Source: a virus
Taxonomy: Duplodnaviria; Heunggongvirae; Uroviricota; Caudoviricetes
IMG/VR virus record: IMGVR_UViG_3300046507_000426
DNA length: 43,059 nt
Direction: 5' to 3' (one strand)
Positions 16,201 to 24,163 of this stretch are shown piece by piece. The position numbers and the translations under genes are program-made. How positions within the stretch are numbered: the first letter of the stretch is position 1; every line of letters starts with the position of its first letter. The notes beneath the pieces were generated by a model. It was not told the DNA's origin. It did no database searches and worked only from the letters and a program-made list of their open reading frames with translations.

Positions 16201-16425
16201 GACTTCGCTACAACCCAGAACATCATTAACAACTTCGATCAAAAGAAGGTTGTGGATAAGTGGGACAAAGTTGCAGACAAAATGGACAAGGTTGCAGAAA
16301 AGATGGGGGGAGATTCACCCAGCTCAAACAATATGCCTTCTTTGCCATCCGGAGGTTGGAAACAGGTGTTATTCGGTATGCCTCCGGATAACCAAAGAGA
16401 TGCTGGATCGCCTCAAAAGAAATAA
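13279..16425 (+). CDS. Tail tape measure protein
   Basis: 1048 aa, Gly/Ala/Gln-rich with hydrophobic Gly-rich stretch, directly after frameshifted chaperones. Confidence 0.8.
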   Translation: MNSFGNFFGSNQSPFGDVYQSQADMYGNSFANPMNPANMNPGFGMDPNLLTPSYTAGYRPQYAGPQPYNQYGRVGFFSGINTILNPMADEYRFGNPIDNHRQTVEGISSRPFDSIVWAGQRIAAPMAGFGLAFKYASRPGAAFGSALGRGIGQGVTAGMGGAMPGLVSRGMTGALAGAGGLAGRLFLPLAVGQAAMYGAQKTIFDPYINTRREARDLRDNFAGITFGDSQGNSVTGQGLSNRESSRIAAGITNQGIRDLTFSTGEYANIADYSGRAGLLDDVNSKQIGKRVKDIAAQIKLVMSIAGDPSIKAAIEELAKLRNAGASVAGGTGSQATQALTQLGYSASVAGRSVQNIMSTVGAQGQYLYQANGMTPYMGQMAAANILGSFETARRNGLLSTAQIARMGGTEGATQASLTAQINGSQTLLNKMAMYNQYVNGRTGPSAGGSGMNVNSVTSQFGADFSKDPLGAYGQMQMFSRMLGGQQLKDRGSLGLEDQVYAILNSTAAIRNKDGRYDASKMMPVLTGMMGMSEDDAMAYIAQRTAESDPATYSQGVKARNAQAQKQARQYVSQNYMYGGALGSTVRGIRNTTNNIVGFLAKGGEGLGYDEGRFADMVQGGVDSVMFGSTLTQDRGGVNDQIDAATSGKVTDTGPVKINQIDANGGTFNWNRMKRNVSRFGQSIVGNNVDSVFDNRTVLNRINNLAKAGGASAADAQAFINAKTKEEKSQALGKLLKSPDMADMAPQIRGQGGSEAASGNFDDLINDAMDMGTYSQTIDKGTSNGLLDKVNGALGIGDKTVKLGLMDSFNAIGQISDIAGQLNNGDISQADLGDVINSGKYDQVKTLLGGRTGKEARDYIVNAYRKSVGAGLGQAGYVAQNAGLSVESLKKDPNRITDKSDREKFLAAVKSGDNSTLQNIAAKELARHNGGNLVGTGLNGANNLSLGDVSGFEQQMDELGMQNSKQYDLVKSGRFDFATTQNIINNFDQKKVVDKWDKVADKMDKVAEKMGGDSPSSNNMPSLPSGGWKQVLFGMPPDNQRDAGSPQKK

Positions 16426-16441
16426 CAGGTAAAATATAGAC

Positions 16442-16669
16442 ATGGCTATCGTAACCAAATCCTCAAGTTCTTATATCTCGCCGAGATTTACGGCGATGTC
16501 GCCCTATGAAGTCTACCTTAACCAGGTAAAAGGGGCGATTGATAACATCCGATTCACAGCACTGGGCATGTCCTACCTTCCACCTCAACTCGGTGGTCTC
16601 GACGGACAGCTGAATGTAATTACGCAAGAAGTTGTATTACAAATCACTGACTTTTCGGTTAGCTCATAA
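16442..16669 (+). CDS. Small hypothetical tail-region protein
   Basis: 75-aa ORF coupled (TAATG) to downstream gene. Confidence 0.6.
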   Translation: MAIVTKSSSSYISPRFTAMSPYEVYLNQVKGAIDNIRFTALGMSYLPPQLGGLDGQLNVITQEVVLQITDFSVSS

Positions 16670-18141
16670 TGTCTAATATCATTTCAGGTACCTCCGTCAT
16701 TTCAAGCACTAATAGTGTTCAGAATGGTAATGGTACAATCACTCAGACAGAACGATTATTTACTATTCGTCCTCGCGGTTCCAATACGGAAGACGTGGGA
16801 GGAGGCAATAGAGGCAGCCGTGCTTATATCCGTATACTGTCAACAGATCCTACCACTTCTCTTAACCGTAAGACAGGCGTAAATGAAGGGCTGGGAGGTA
16901 CATCCCTGTCTGCTAGCGGGGGTCCTCTCGATGCTGCCTTGAATGGCAATAACGCATACGGTGGCTACGCTAACTTCTTCGTTACAGATGTGCGTTGTGC
17001 ATTGGACGAGAAACTGCAGATCACTGAAACCTTTGGTGATGGTGAGGTTGCGTACTTCTTTGGCCGTCAGCCTATGTTCATGAACGTTTCTGGCTATATC
17101 TTCGATAGTGATGACAATAGCTGGTTCGTTGAGTTCCTGAGTATGTATGGTCAAGCCTTGCGTGGTACAGAGTTAGCTCGTAATTACGAACTGGTTAAGC
17201 TTGTGCTGCCTAACATGTACGTTATCGGATCTTTCACGCACATCGATTGGGGCCAAAACTCGCAAAGGGATCAGGACATTCAGTTTTCGTTCCAATTCCT
17301 GATCAAGCAGCTTGTACCTATTGCCATTCGGATGCCGGGCGTACCTACGTCTTCAGACAGTGGGTTGATTAACTTCAACGCTATTCCTACATTCCAGACT
17401 CAAGCACAGATCAACACGGTAAAATCGAGCTTCTCAGCATTGCAAAGTGCTATCCAGAATCCTTTCTCGACTACTAGCGATATTGCTTCGAGTATTACCG
17501 GACTTGGTTCAGGGCTAAGCGCCGGTGTGACTGCAGATGCATCTACTTTCGGTGTAGGTTCGAATTCGTTTGGGTTCACCACGGATAATAGTTCGGGTAG
17601 CAGTCTCGGTTCTGCTCTAAGCAGCGCCGGAAGCACTATTTCAGGTATCTTCTCAAGCGTGAGTGCAAACCTGACGGGACTACGTGCAAGTCTGTTCTCT
17701 CCTATTTATGGCGTATTGTCATCGCTAACTAAATTGGTTAAAAACGCAATGGGCTCAGTCACGTCTATTTTCAACGCACTGACAAGTCCAGTCCGTGATA
17801 TAATCCGGGCTGTATCAGATATCAGTAATCAGGCCATAGGTATTGTTAATCTTGTTAACGGTACTATTCAAGGCCTTACAGGTCAAGTTACTTCGATTGA
17901 TAATCAGGTTCGTATTGCGCTTGGAAATCTTAGCAACGCAGCCGGGGTTATCTCTAGCGCACCTAAGACTATCTCTCAGTCATTAGCCGAACTAGTCAAT
18001 GCTGGAACGTTGCCTATTACGACTGGATACCTACAAAACCGGCCAATGGCAAGCCTTTCTTCATCTGGTACTGCACCATCGAAACTGGCATTGCTTAATT
18101 CCGGTGCTAAATACTCAGCTCAATCAGGCGCATCGTTATAA
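16669..18141 (+). CDS. Putative baseplate/tail-tube initiator-like protein with Ser/Gly-rich helical C-terminal half
   Basis: 490 aa; beta-rich N-domain (EKLQITETFGD...FFGRQP...VSG) and position after tape measure. Confidence 0.5.
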   Translation: MSNIISGTSVISSTNSVQNGNGTITQTERLFTIRPRGSNTEDVGGGNRGSRAYIRILSTDPTTSLNRKTGVNEGLGGTSLSASGGPLDAALNGNNAYGGYANFFVTDVRCALDEKLQITETFGDGEVAYFFGRQPMFMNVSGYIFDSDDNSWFVEFLSMYGQALRGTELARNYELVKLVLPNMYVIGSFTHIDWGQNSQRDQDIQFSFQFLIKQLVPIAIRMPGVPTSSDSGLINFNAIPTFQTQAQINTVKSSFSALQSAIQNPFSTTSDIASSITGLGSGLSAGVTADASTFGVGSNSFGFTTDNSSGSSLGSALSSAGSTISGIFSSVSANLTGLRASLFSPIYGVLSSLTKLVKNAMGSVTSIFNALTSPVRDIIRAVSDISNQAIGIVNLVNGTIQGLTGQVTSIDNQVRIALGNLSNAAGVISSAPKTISQSLAELVNAGTLPITTGYLQNRPMASLSSSGTAPSKLALLNSGAKYSAQSGASL

Positions 18142-18998
18142 TGAGAAGTTATTCAAGTCTTTTAGTTTTCGAAGATATTTTCGATTTCGTTCCTAATCAG
18201 AACGCAGATGTAACAAGTCTTGCGTCTATGATTTTCACGCCCAATGTGCCAATCGTAACGAATGATTGTCAGACAACTCTCGGCCTCTTCCAAACTGTTA
18301 ACTACGAACTGGAAGGGGCTATTGAATTGGCTACTGGACTTGTTATAAGCCGGGACAGAATTGATAATCTTCTATTCCACGGAATTTACGAAATTGCTAC
18401 ACGAAGTCTATCTACTTGTATTGCACCTGGCGGTGTATGTCAGGCATGTTATTCTGCCAGTAATCCTAGAATTACGTCGATTCCCGCAATAGGATCCCGT
18501 GTAACTATTCAACCGGAATACATTTCTTCGACTGACGTCATCAAGGCTTCAGCCGGGGATACGACGTGGCCGCTAACTATCGCCGATGGCACGTATCAGT
18601 TCACGTATGTCTATGTAGATGGTGTGCTTCAAAATACGTCTGCATATTCAATTTCTAATTCCATATTGACGTTCAATACTCCTCTCGCAGCAGATAATAA
18701 CGTTGTTGTGCATTACTCAAGTTATAACAGGGCTCCGTACCTTGTCTTCCTAGCCACGACGTACTCGGGGTCTATGCTTGGCATGAAGCCTCTTCCGTCA
18801 CAGCTGCTTCCTATAAGATCGTTGCTGCTAGGGTCATTGGTCCCTCAGAATAAACTAGAATTAATTGTAGAGTATACAAAAGAGGTCACTCAGATTCCTG
18901 AAGACTATCGAACCTATATCGACTCAATTAATGACACGTTCGAAAAGGCATTGTATACTATTGCGATAAATTGTATCTATGCTAACGTGACGTCATAA
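18141..18998 (+). CDS. Putative baseplate-region structural protein
   Basis: 285 aa, coupled on both sides; CIAPGGVCQAC and VYVDGVLQ...YSIS Ig-like segment. Confidence 0.55.
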   Translation: MRSYSSLLVFEDIFDFVPNQNADVTSLASMIFTPNVPIVTNDCQTTLGLFQTVNYELEGAIELATGLVISRDRIDNLLFHGIYEIATRSLSTCIAPGGVCQACYSASNPRITSIPAIGSRVTIQPEYISSTDVIKASAGDTTWPLTIADGTYQFTYVYVDGVLQNTSAYSISNSILTFNTPLAADNNVVVHYSSYNRAPYLVFLATTYSGSMLGMKPLPSQLLPIRSLLLGSLVPQNKLELIVEYTKEVTQIPEDYRTYIDSINDTFEKALYTIAINCIYANVTS

Positions 18999-21900
18999 TG
19001 GCTTTATTCGACTCAATCCTAAACACAACTGTTAACACCGTAATGTCCCAAAGTAAGGGACTTGCAAAGATCACTAGCACGACGTTCTCTATGACGGGAA
19101 CGTCTATTGATTCCATTCGTACTCAAACGCTTGGATCTGTGACTTCGTCCCTTGGCAATACGGATTACAACAGCCAACTGTATTCTCCAATTACGCAAAT
19201 GAGCAGCTTTGCGTTGTCGAATGCTACGAGTCAAAGCCAGCAAGACGCTATCAACACCGCAACTCAAAATGCGTACTCTTCTGTTGATAACAGTTTTACT
19301 AACGCTTTTTCTACCGGTACTCCAAATACACTCTTTGACATCCAATCAGCTTCAACGGGAGCCATCGGTACCGGTATTAACAGTTTTGGGTCGTCTCTCT
19401 CATCCATTAACGCAGCGCTAGTTTCGCCAGCACTAAGCTTGGGCAATGCCGCATTCGTGCAGACAGGACAGGTTTCGGATAATCTTTGCACGAATGTATT
19501 CAACACTGCGACTTCGGCTGTAAACTCAGCTGTATCGACGGTGAACTCATCTGTAGCAAGTATCATTGCTGCAAAGAATTCTGTCACTTCAGCAGTATCG
19601 AACCTCGTTAATGGTACGTCAAGTACAGCTACCGCTGCTCAAGCGGCGGCGAATATCTTTTCGTCAGCAGGTATTTCTGCCGTTAATGAAGGTACATCGG
19701 ATGGAACTACGAATAACACTGATGTCATTTATCAGGATGTGAAGCTTTACATCGAAGGCGTTCAGGTCCCATTCGAGGCTATCTCTATTTCACAAGGTAT
19801 TGGAACGCTGCCGACGGCAAGTATCCAGATCCCCCCACAGCCAGGTCTTCTGGACATCGCACGTTACTATCAGCCTAAGGTACACATCTTCTATGCGGAT
19901 AGTGCGTATGGGGGCGATCGTCTGCTATTCTGGGGACATATCGTAGTTGCTAACTACTCGAAATCCCGTAGCACAGGCAGTGCAAGCATTTCTTTCCACT
20001 GCGAGCATAAGAACTCACTGCTGAGCACAGTTACGCTTGAGTTTGCAGGTTATGCTTCTAACGCTACTCAAGATCTAACTGACCCGAATCCAAACGCAGC
20101 TACTGCGAAGGTTAACAATCTTAACTCTACCCTTGCTGTTATCAGTGCGCTTCAAGGTTTGACAGGTATGCAGCAGAGCGCTGACGATCTGCTTGACACA
20201 AGCAACAAGAACGTCGGTAATGCGGACGTTTCGAAACTTGCTCAACGCTTTGTAAATTTTGAGAACAGGCTCATTGGTATGCCTTCGGCTATCATGAACT
20301 TCTGGAATCAACTTAAGAAAGAATGCTATACCAACGTAGTGCTTAATACGATCATGGCTGATATGTACATCCCTCTTGTTGAAGATGGACTAGCATTCTT
20401 CGATCGCCTTGCAGGCCACTATGTTATCGAAACGCTTATCGATACGACTAAGGAAAGCTACTGTCCAGGGGGAGTAACGCCTGCATCTACGGCTAAGCCT
20501 GTGATGGTCCCGCCTGCGTATCGTTTGAATAGCATCTCAGCTATCAAGGCTACTCTTGGGGTAAGCACTATCACTAGTATGCTAGGCTTCTCTGGCGAAA
20601 TGACTAACTTTCTGCAAATGTTCTCAGACTTCTACACGGCTGTAGAGTATGAGATTTTGACGTTGGCTAGCCCTGCAGAAATCCCTGTTGATCCAACTTC
20701 GACAATCAATCTGGATGATGTCGCAGCTATGGCTGCTGCAAACAAGATGGCTATTGAAACAATCGTTAAACCACAGGTTCCGTTCTATTACAGCCCTGTG
20801 TGTAACGTGCTGTTTCCAAAAATGTACCACACTATTAACATCTCCCAGGACGAATCGCAAATCCCAAGCCGCCTTACGGCTTTCAGCGATGTCATCCCGG
20901 GAAGTCAGGGCGATCTTGGGTCGCACTATCACGCTCCTAACTCAATTCGTGAGGCTATTGCATATGGCGCTACTATGTCCAATAAAGCAGGAATTACTCA
21001 GAACCTTCAAGTTAATCTCTTGGGTACGACTGGACAATCCTTTAACGTGCCGGGTAAATACGAAGTCGGTCGAGGAGTCAGACACAAGCGTGTTACTATG
21101 CCTAACTGGCTTGCTCAGCTAGTTAAGGGCAAGATGCAGGACCAGGGTAATCCAAATAACGAATCATGGCCTGCAAAGACCGATCCTGACTACCAAGCCC
21201 TATGTGATTTGCATGCAGCGTGGATTGATCGTTACGGGTTCGATAGAAACGTCTACGACGATGGCTCTGTTGAGTATGTGCGTAACACCGATAAGGATGT
21301 GCTTGATCCGTATTCGCAGAAGTCTGCCATCCAGCCATTTCAACGATTACTCGTAGCTGCAGCTGACTTTGAGTACACGAAAGCCGTTGTTGCATCTAGA
21401 TCAGGCAACGTTGAAGCTTTGTTCAATCCTTATATTGTGCCAGGCTATCCGATGGAAGTTTTGGATGATTCCCCGAACTCGCCTTGCTTCCATGCAATGT
21501 GTTCGTCGGTGACTCATCAGTTCACTTCACGTAGCATTGGAACGTCGATTGGTATGATTGCAGTGTGCTCGTATACGGAAATGGTGAACTACTATATGCA
21601 GCCTATTCATCCGTGGCTTCAGACTGCCTTGAACATTATTAATACTGCAGCTGGGCAATCGGGCAAATCATCGACAGATGGAGATGGGTATGGTAATCCG
21701 CCTGACGACTTAACGATCAACAGCACTATTCTGTTTAATGATGTAGCAAAGTCTAAGGCGGATGACTTTTATAGTTCTACGCTTGGATCTAAAGCGGTGT
21801 CTATCGATGATCTATATGACTTCGATATGGGCCAGGTTGTCCCCGTTGCTCGTACTAATGGTCTCTTGACCGAAAGCTCGGCTACATCGGTGAGAATGGC

Positions 21901-22228
21901 TAATGGCGGAGAGAAGAATGACTTCTTGACTGCTGTGGGTAATCTACGCCTTGTACGTCGTCCAATCGAAGGTAAGAAGAGTATTCAAGCGAAGTTTGGA
22001 TTAACATTTATTGATCTGAATACGACGAATTATAACCCTACCGCTGTTCAGTACCAGAACCCGAATCTTGACGATTCAGAAATGCTTGAGCCTGGTGCCA
22101 GCATATTTCTGGACTATCAGGAAGTGGCTGATTTTATTGCAAATTCAGATGCTACATCTTCAACCGCAACCACGACAACCTCTGCTACTACTGGCTCTGG
22201 AGCACCGATTGGCTTTGGTGGAAGTTAA
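18998..22228 (+). CDS. Putative baseplate hub protein with Ser/Thr-rich N-terminal region
   Basis: 1076 aa; VKLYIEGVQVPF...ASIQIP and FNPYIVPGYP motifs typical of hub-like proteins; location. Confidence 0.55.
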   Translation: MALFDSILNTTVNTVMSQSKGLAKITSTTFSMTGTSIDSIRTQTLGSVTSSLGNTDYNSQLYSPITQMSSFALSNATSQSQQDAINTATQNAYSSVDNSFTNAFSTGTPNTLFDIQSASTGAIGTGINSFGSSLSSINAALVSPALSLGNAAFVQTGQVSDNLCTNVFNTATSAVNSAVSTVNSSVASIIAAKNSVTSAVSNLVNGTSSTATAAQAAANIFSSAGISAVNEGTSDGTTNNTDVIYQDVKLYIEGVQVPFEAISISQGIGTLPTASIQIPPQPGLLDIARYYQPKVHIFYADSAYGGDRLLFWGHIVVANYSKSRSTGSASISFHCEHKNSLLSTVTLEFAGYASNATQDLTDPNPNAATAKVNNLNSTLAVISALQGLTGMQQSADDLLDTSNKNVGNADVSKLAQRFVNFENRLIGMPSAIMNFWNQLKKECYTNVVLNTIMADMYIPLVEDGLAFFDRLAGHYVIETLIDTTKESYCPGGVTPASTAKPVMVPPAYRLNSISAIKATLGVSTITSMLGFSGEMTNFLQMFSDFYTAVEYEILTLASPAEIPVDPTSTINLDDVAAMAAANKMAIETIVKPQVPFYYSPVCNVLFPKMYHTINISQDESQIPSRLTAFSDVIPGSQGDLGSHYHAPNSIREAIAYGATMSNKAGITQNLQVNLLGTTGQSFNVPGKYEVGRGVRHKRVTMPNWLAQLVKGKMQDQGNPNNESWPAKTDPDYQALCDLHAAWIDRYGFDRNVYDDGSVEYVRNTDKDVLDPYSQKSAIQPFQRLLVAAADFEYTKAVVASRSGNVEALFNPYIVPGYPMEVLDDSPNSPCFHAMCSSVTHQFTSRSIGTSIGMIAVCSYTEMVNYYMQPIHPWLQTALNIINTAAGQSGKSSTDGDGYGNPPDDLTINSTILFNDVAKSKADDFYSSTLGSKAVSIDDLYDFDMGQVVPVARTNGLLTESSATSVRMANGGEKNDFLTAVGNLRLVRRPIEGKKSIQAKFGLTFIDLNTTNYNPTAVQYQNPNLDDSEMLEPGASIFLDYQEVADFIANSDATSSTATTTTSATTGSGAPIGFGGS

Positions 22229-22244
22229 GGAGTAAAATAGCACT

Positions 22245-22460
22245 ATGACAACGACAAACACAGATGGATTCGCAGCCCTTGGGGAAACTAAGGGCGGTTT
22301 GCCAAGAAGCGTTAACATCCCTACGAATATCTCAAGTATGTTATCTGGGACTTCGTGGGCAGATGACGTGTTCGTATACCAGAAATTTGCTGAGAAGTTG
22401 CAGGCATATCTTGTTGGTTATGTAAATGCAATCTACTCGGATCATAACGTATATCTATAA
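22245..22460 (+). CDS. Small hypothetical protein
   Basis: 71-aa ORF with AAGGAG upstream, coupled to sigma gene. Confidence 0.55.
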   Translation: MTTTNTDGFAALGETKGGLPRSVNIPTNISSMLSGTSWADDVFVYQKFAEKLQAYLVGYVNAIYSDHNVYL

Positions 22461-23176
22461 TGACTGAAGAAACTACAAAACCAGAATTTATCGACTATCG
22501 GTCAAAAGACCGGGAGTTGTTTGACAAATGGAAAGAGACCGGCAGTAAACGGGATCTTGGTAATTTGATGCATCAACTCTCAGGGGTTATTTATCAGGAA
22601 GTCAATAGACAGTCTGGAAGTCTACCCAATGCTGCGCTTAGTGCAGAGGCTAAAACTTGGGCTATCAAAGCCATCAATACGTATGATCCTAGTAAAGGGA
22701 CTCAGCTGTCTACGCACGTAACTAATTATCTCCAACGTGTACGTCGCCTAAATTACAAGTATCAGAACGCAGTTAGACTTCCTGAAAATATGCAGCTTAT
22801 GTATAGGGATTGGAATTCGGCTAATCAGGAATTGTCCGATCAGCTTAACCGTGATCCTACTGAAGAAGAACTCGCTAAGCATTTAGGTTGGACAAAGCCT
22901 CAAGTTATTAAATATAGAAACTCTCTGTACTCGGATCTCGTTGAATCAGCTTCGGATAAACCAGCTGAATTTACTCAGTACAATGAAAGCGCAGAACTTA
23001 TGGCCTATCTCATGAGTCAACTGACGCCTGATGAAAAATTTATTCTTGACAACGTTAAACTGATGCCTGCCCCGCAAATCGCTGCAAAGCTTGGTGTTAA
23101 CATCAATCGATATAACTATATCAAGACGCAACTTAAGAACAAAATCGAAAAAATTAAGCAGGATATTGGACTCTAA
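22460..23176 (+). CDS. Sigma-70-family RNA polymerase sigma factor (group 3/FliA-like, likely late)
   Basis: Region 2 AINTYDPSKGTQLSTH...VRLP, region 3 LNRDPTEEELAKHLGW, region 4 HTH QIAAKLGV. Confidence 0.85.
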   Translation: MTEETTKPEFIDYRSKDRELFDKWKETGSKRDLGNLMHQLSGVIYQEVNRQSGSLPNAALSAEAKTWAIKAINTYDPSKGTQLSTHVTNYLQRVRRLNYKYQNAVRLPENMQLMYRDWNSANQELSDQLNRDPTEEELAKHLGWTKPQVIKYRNSLYSDLVESASDKPAEFTQYNESAELMAYLMSQLTPDEKFILDNVKLMPAPQIAAKLGVNINRYNYIKTQLKNKIEKIKQDIGL

Positions 23177-23568
23177 TGGCAATCGATACAAACTCAGCCA
23201 TCGGGCAAGCTCAGACGATTTATAATCAACTCGCCCAGTACTTTTCAGATATGCAATCATATTTGAATAATGGCGGAGCTTGTCCAGATTTCACGACGTA
23301 TATTACGTCCATTGATTATTCCGAGCTTCATCGTTTCACCGACCAATCTCAATCAGGTAGTGCAAACTATCCTAACGGCTCTGCTATCGAGAGCGTTCAC
23401 CACATCTCTTCGGTGTTGCGTGAATTTGCCCTCCGTACTAAAAATAAAGCTGCATACTATTCAGATGGCGCGGGAGAAGCTACGGATGAATCCAATTACT
23501 ATGCAACGCTCAAGACTGCTACTGTCAGTACCTTGAACGGAATCGTTACCCCTGGAGGTGGTATTTAA
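23176..23568 (+). CDS. Hypothetical protein, baseplate module
   Basis: 130-aa ORF, coupled both sides. Confidence 0.6.
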   Translation: MAIDTNSAIGQAQTIYNQLAQYFSDMQSYLNNGGACPDFTTYITSIDYSELHRFTDQSQSGSANYPNGSAIESVHHISSVLREFALRTKNKAAYYSDGAGEATDESNYYATLKTATVSTLNGIVTPGGGI

Positions 23569-24101
23569 TGGCCGGATTAAACTTTAATTTCAATCAGCGT
23601 ATTGGTACTACCTCCAACCTTCCAACTGGCGCAACTTATGATATGCTATTTATTTCATTTCCAGGGGGCTTTCCACAAAGCCAACTCGTATTTGAAATAG
23701 CAGATACTCCTCGTAAGGTGACCGGGCTTCAGAAAGTAGCTCAGATGTTTTTAAAAATCCTGTTTACTCATAAAGGATCTAACGTCATATTCCCCCAACA
23801 GGGAACTTACTTTTCTGATTATGTTGTTAATGCTAATCGTGTAGAAACAACCGATACAACATTGACTTCAGATTTAACTGAACAGATTACCGACGCTCAA
23901 ACACAATGTCAGTATATTCTTAATACGACTGATTCAGATGTAGCAAGCCAGCTTCAAACTGTGCAATTGCTTGGTATCGACGTTTCTCAGGAAAGCATTG
24001 TTATGTATTTGAGAATTCTCACCAACGCAGGGGCAATGGCTAGTATTTCAGTTCCCTTCCCCCAACTCGATCTCCCTCTTACAGATCAAATGCAAACGTG
24101 A
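23568..24101 (+). CDS. gp25-like baseplate wedge/sheath initiator
   Basis: TGLQKVAQMFLKILFTHKGS...GTYF motif; immediately before baseplate J-like gene. Confidence 0.65.
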   Translation: MAGLNFNFNQRIGTTSNLPTGATYDMLFISFPGGFPQSQLVFEIADTPRKVTGLQKVAQMFLKILFTHKGSNVIFPQQGTYFSDYVVNANRVETTDTTLTSDLTEQITDAQTQCQYILNTTDSDVASQLQTVQLLGIDVSQESIVMYLRILTNAGAMASISVPFPQLDLPLTDQMQT

Positions 24102-24163
24102 TAGGATGGTACGTTACATGTGGAAGAATTAAACTACTACAAGTAACGTACTGACCTATAACT

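Noticed and set aside
16034-16432. 132-aa alternative-frame ORF overlapping the tape measure 3' end
   Set aside because: Almost fully overlaps a supported gene in another frame; no RBS or motif
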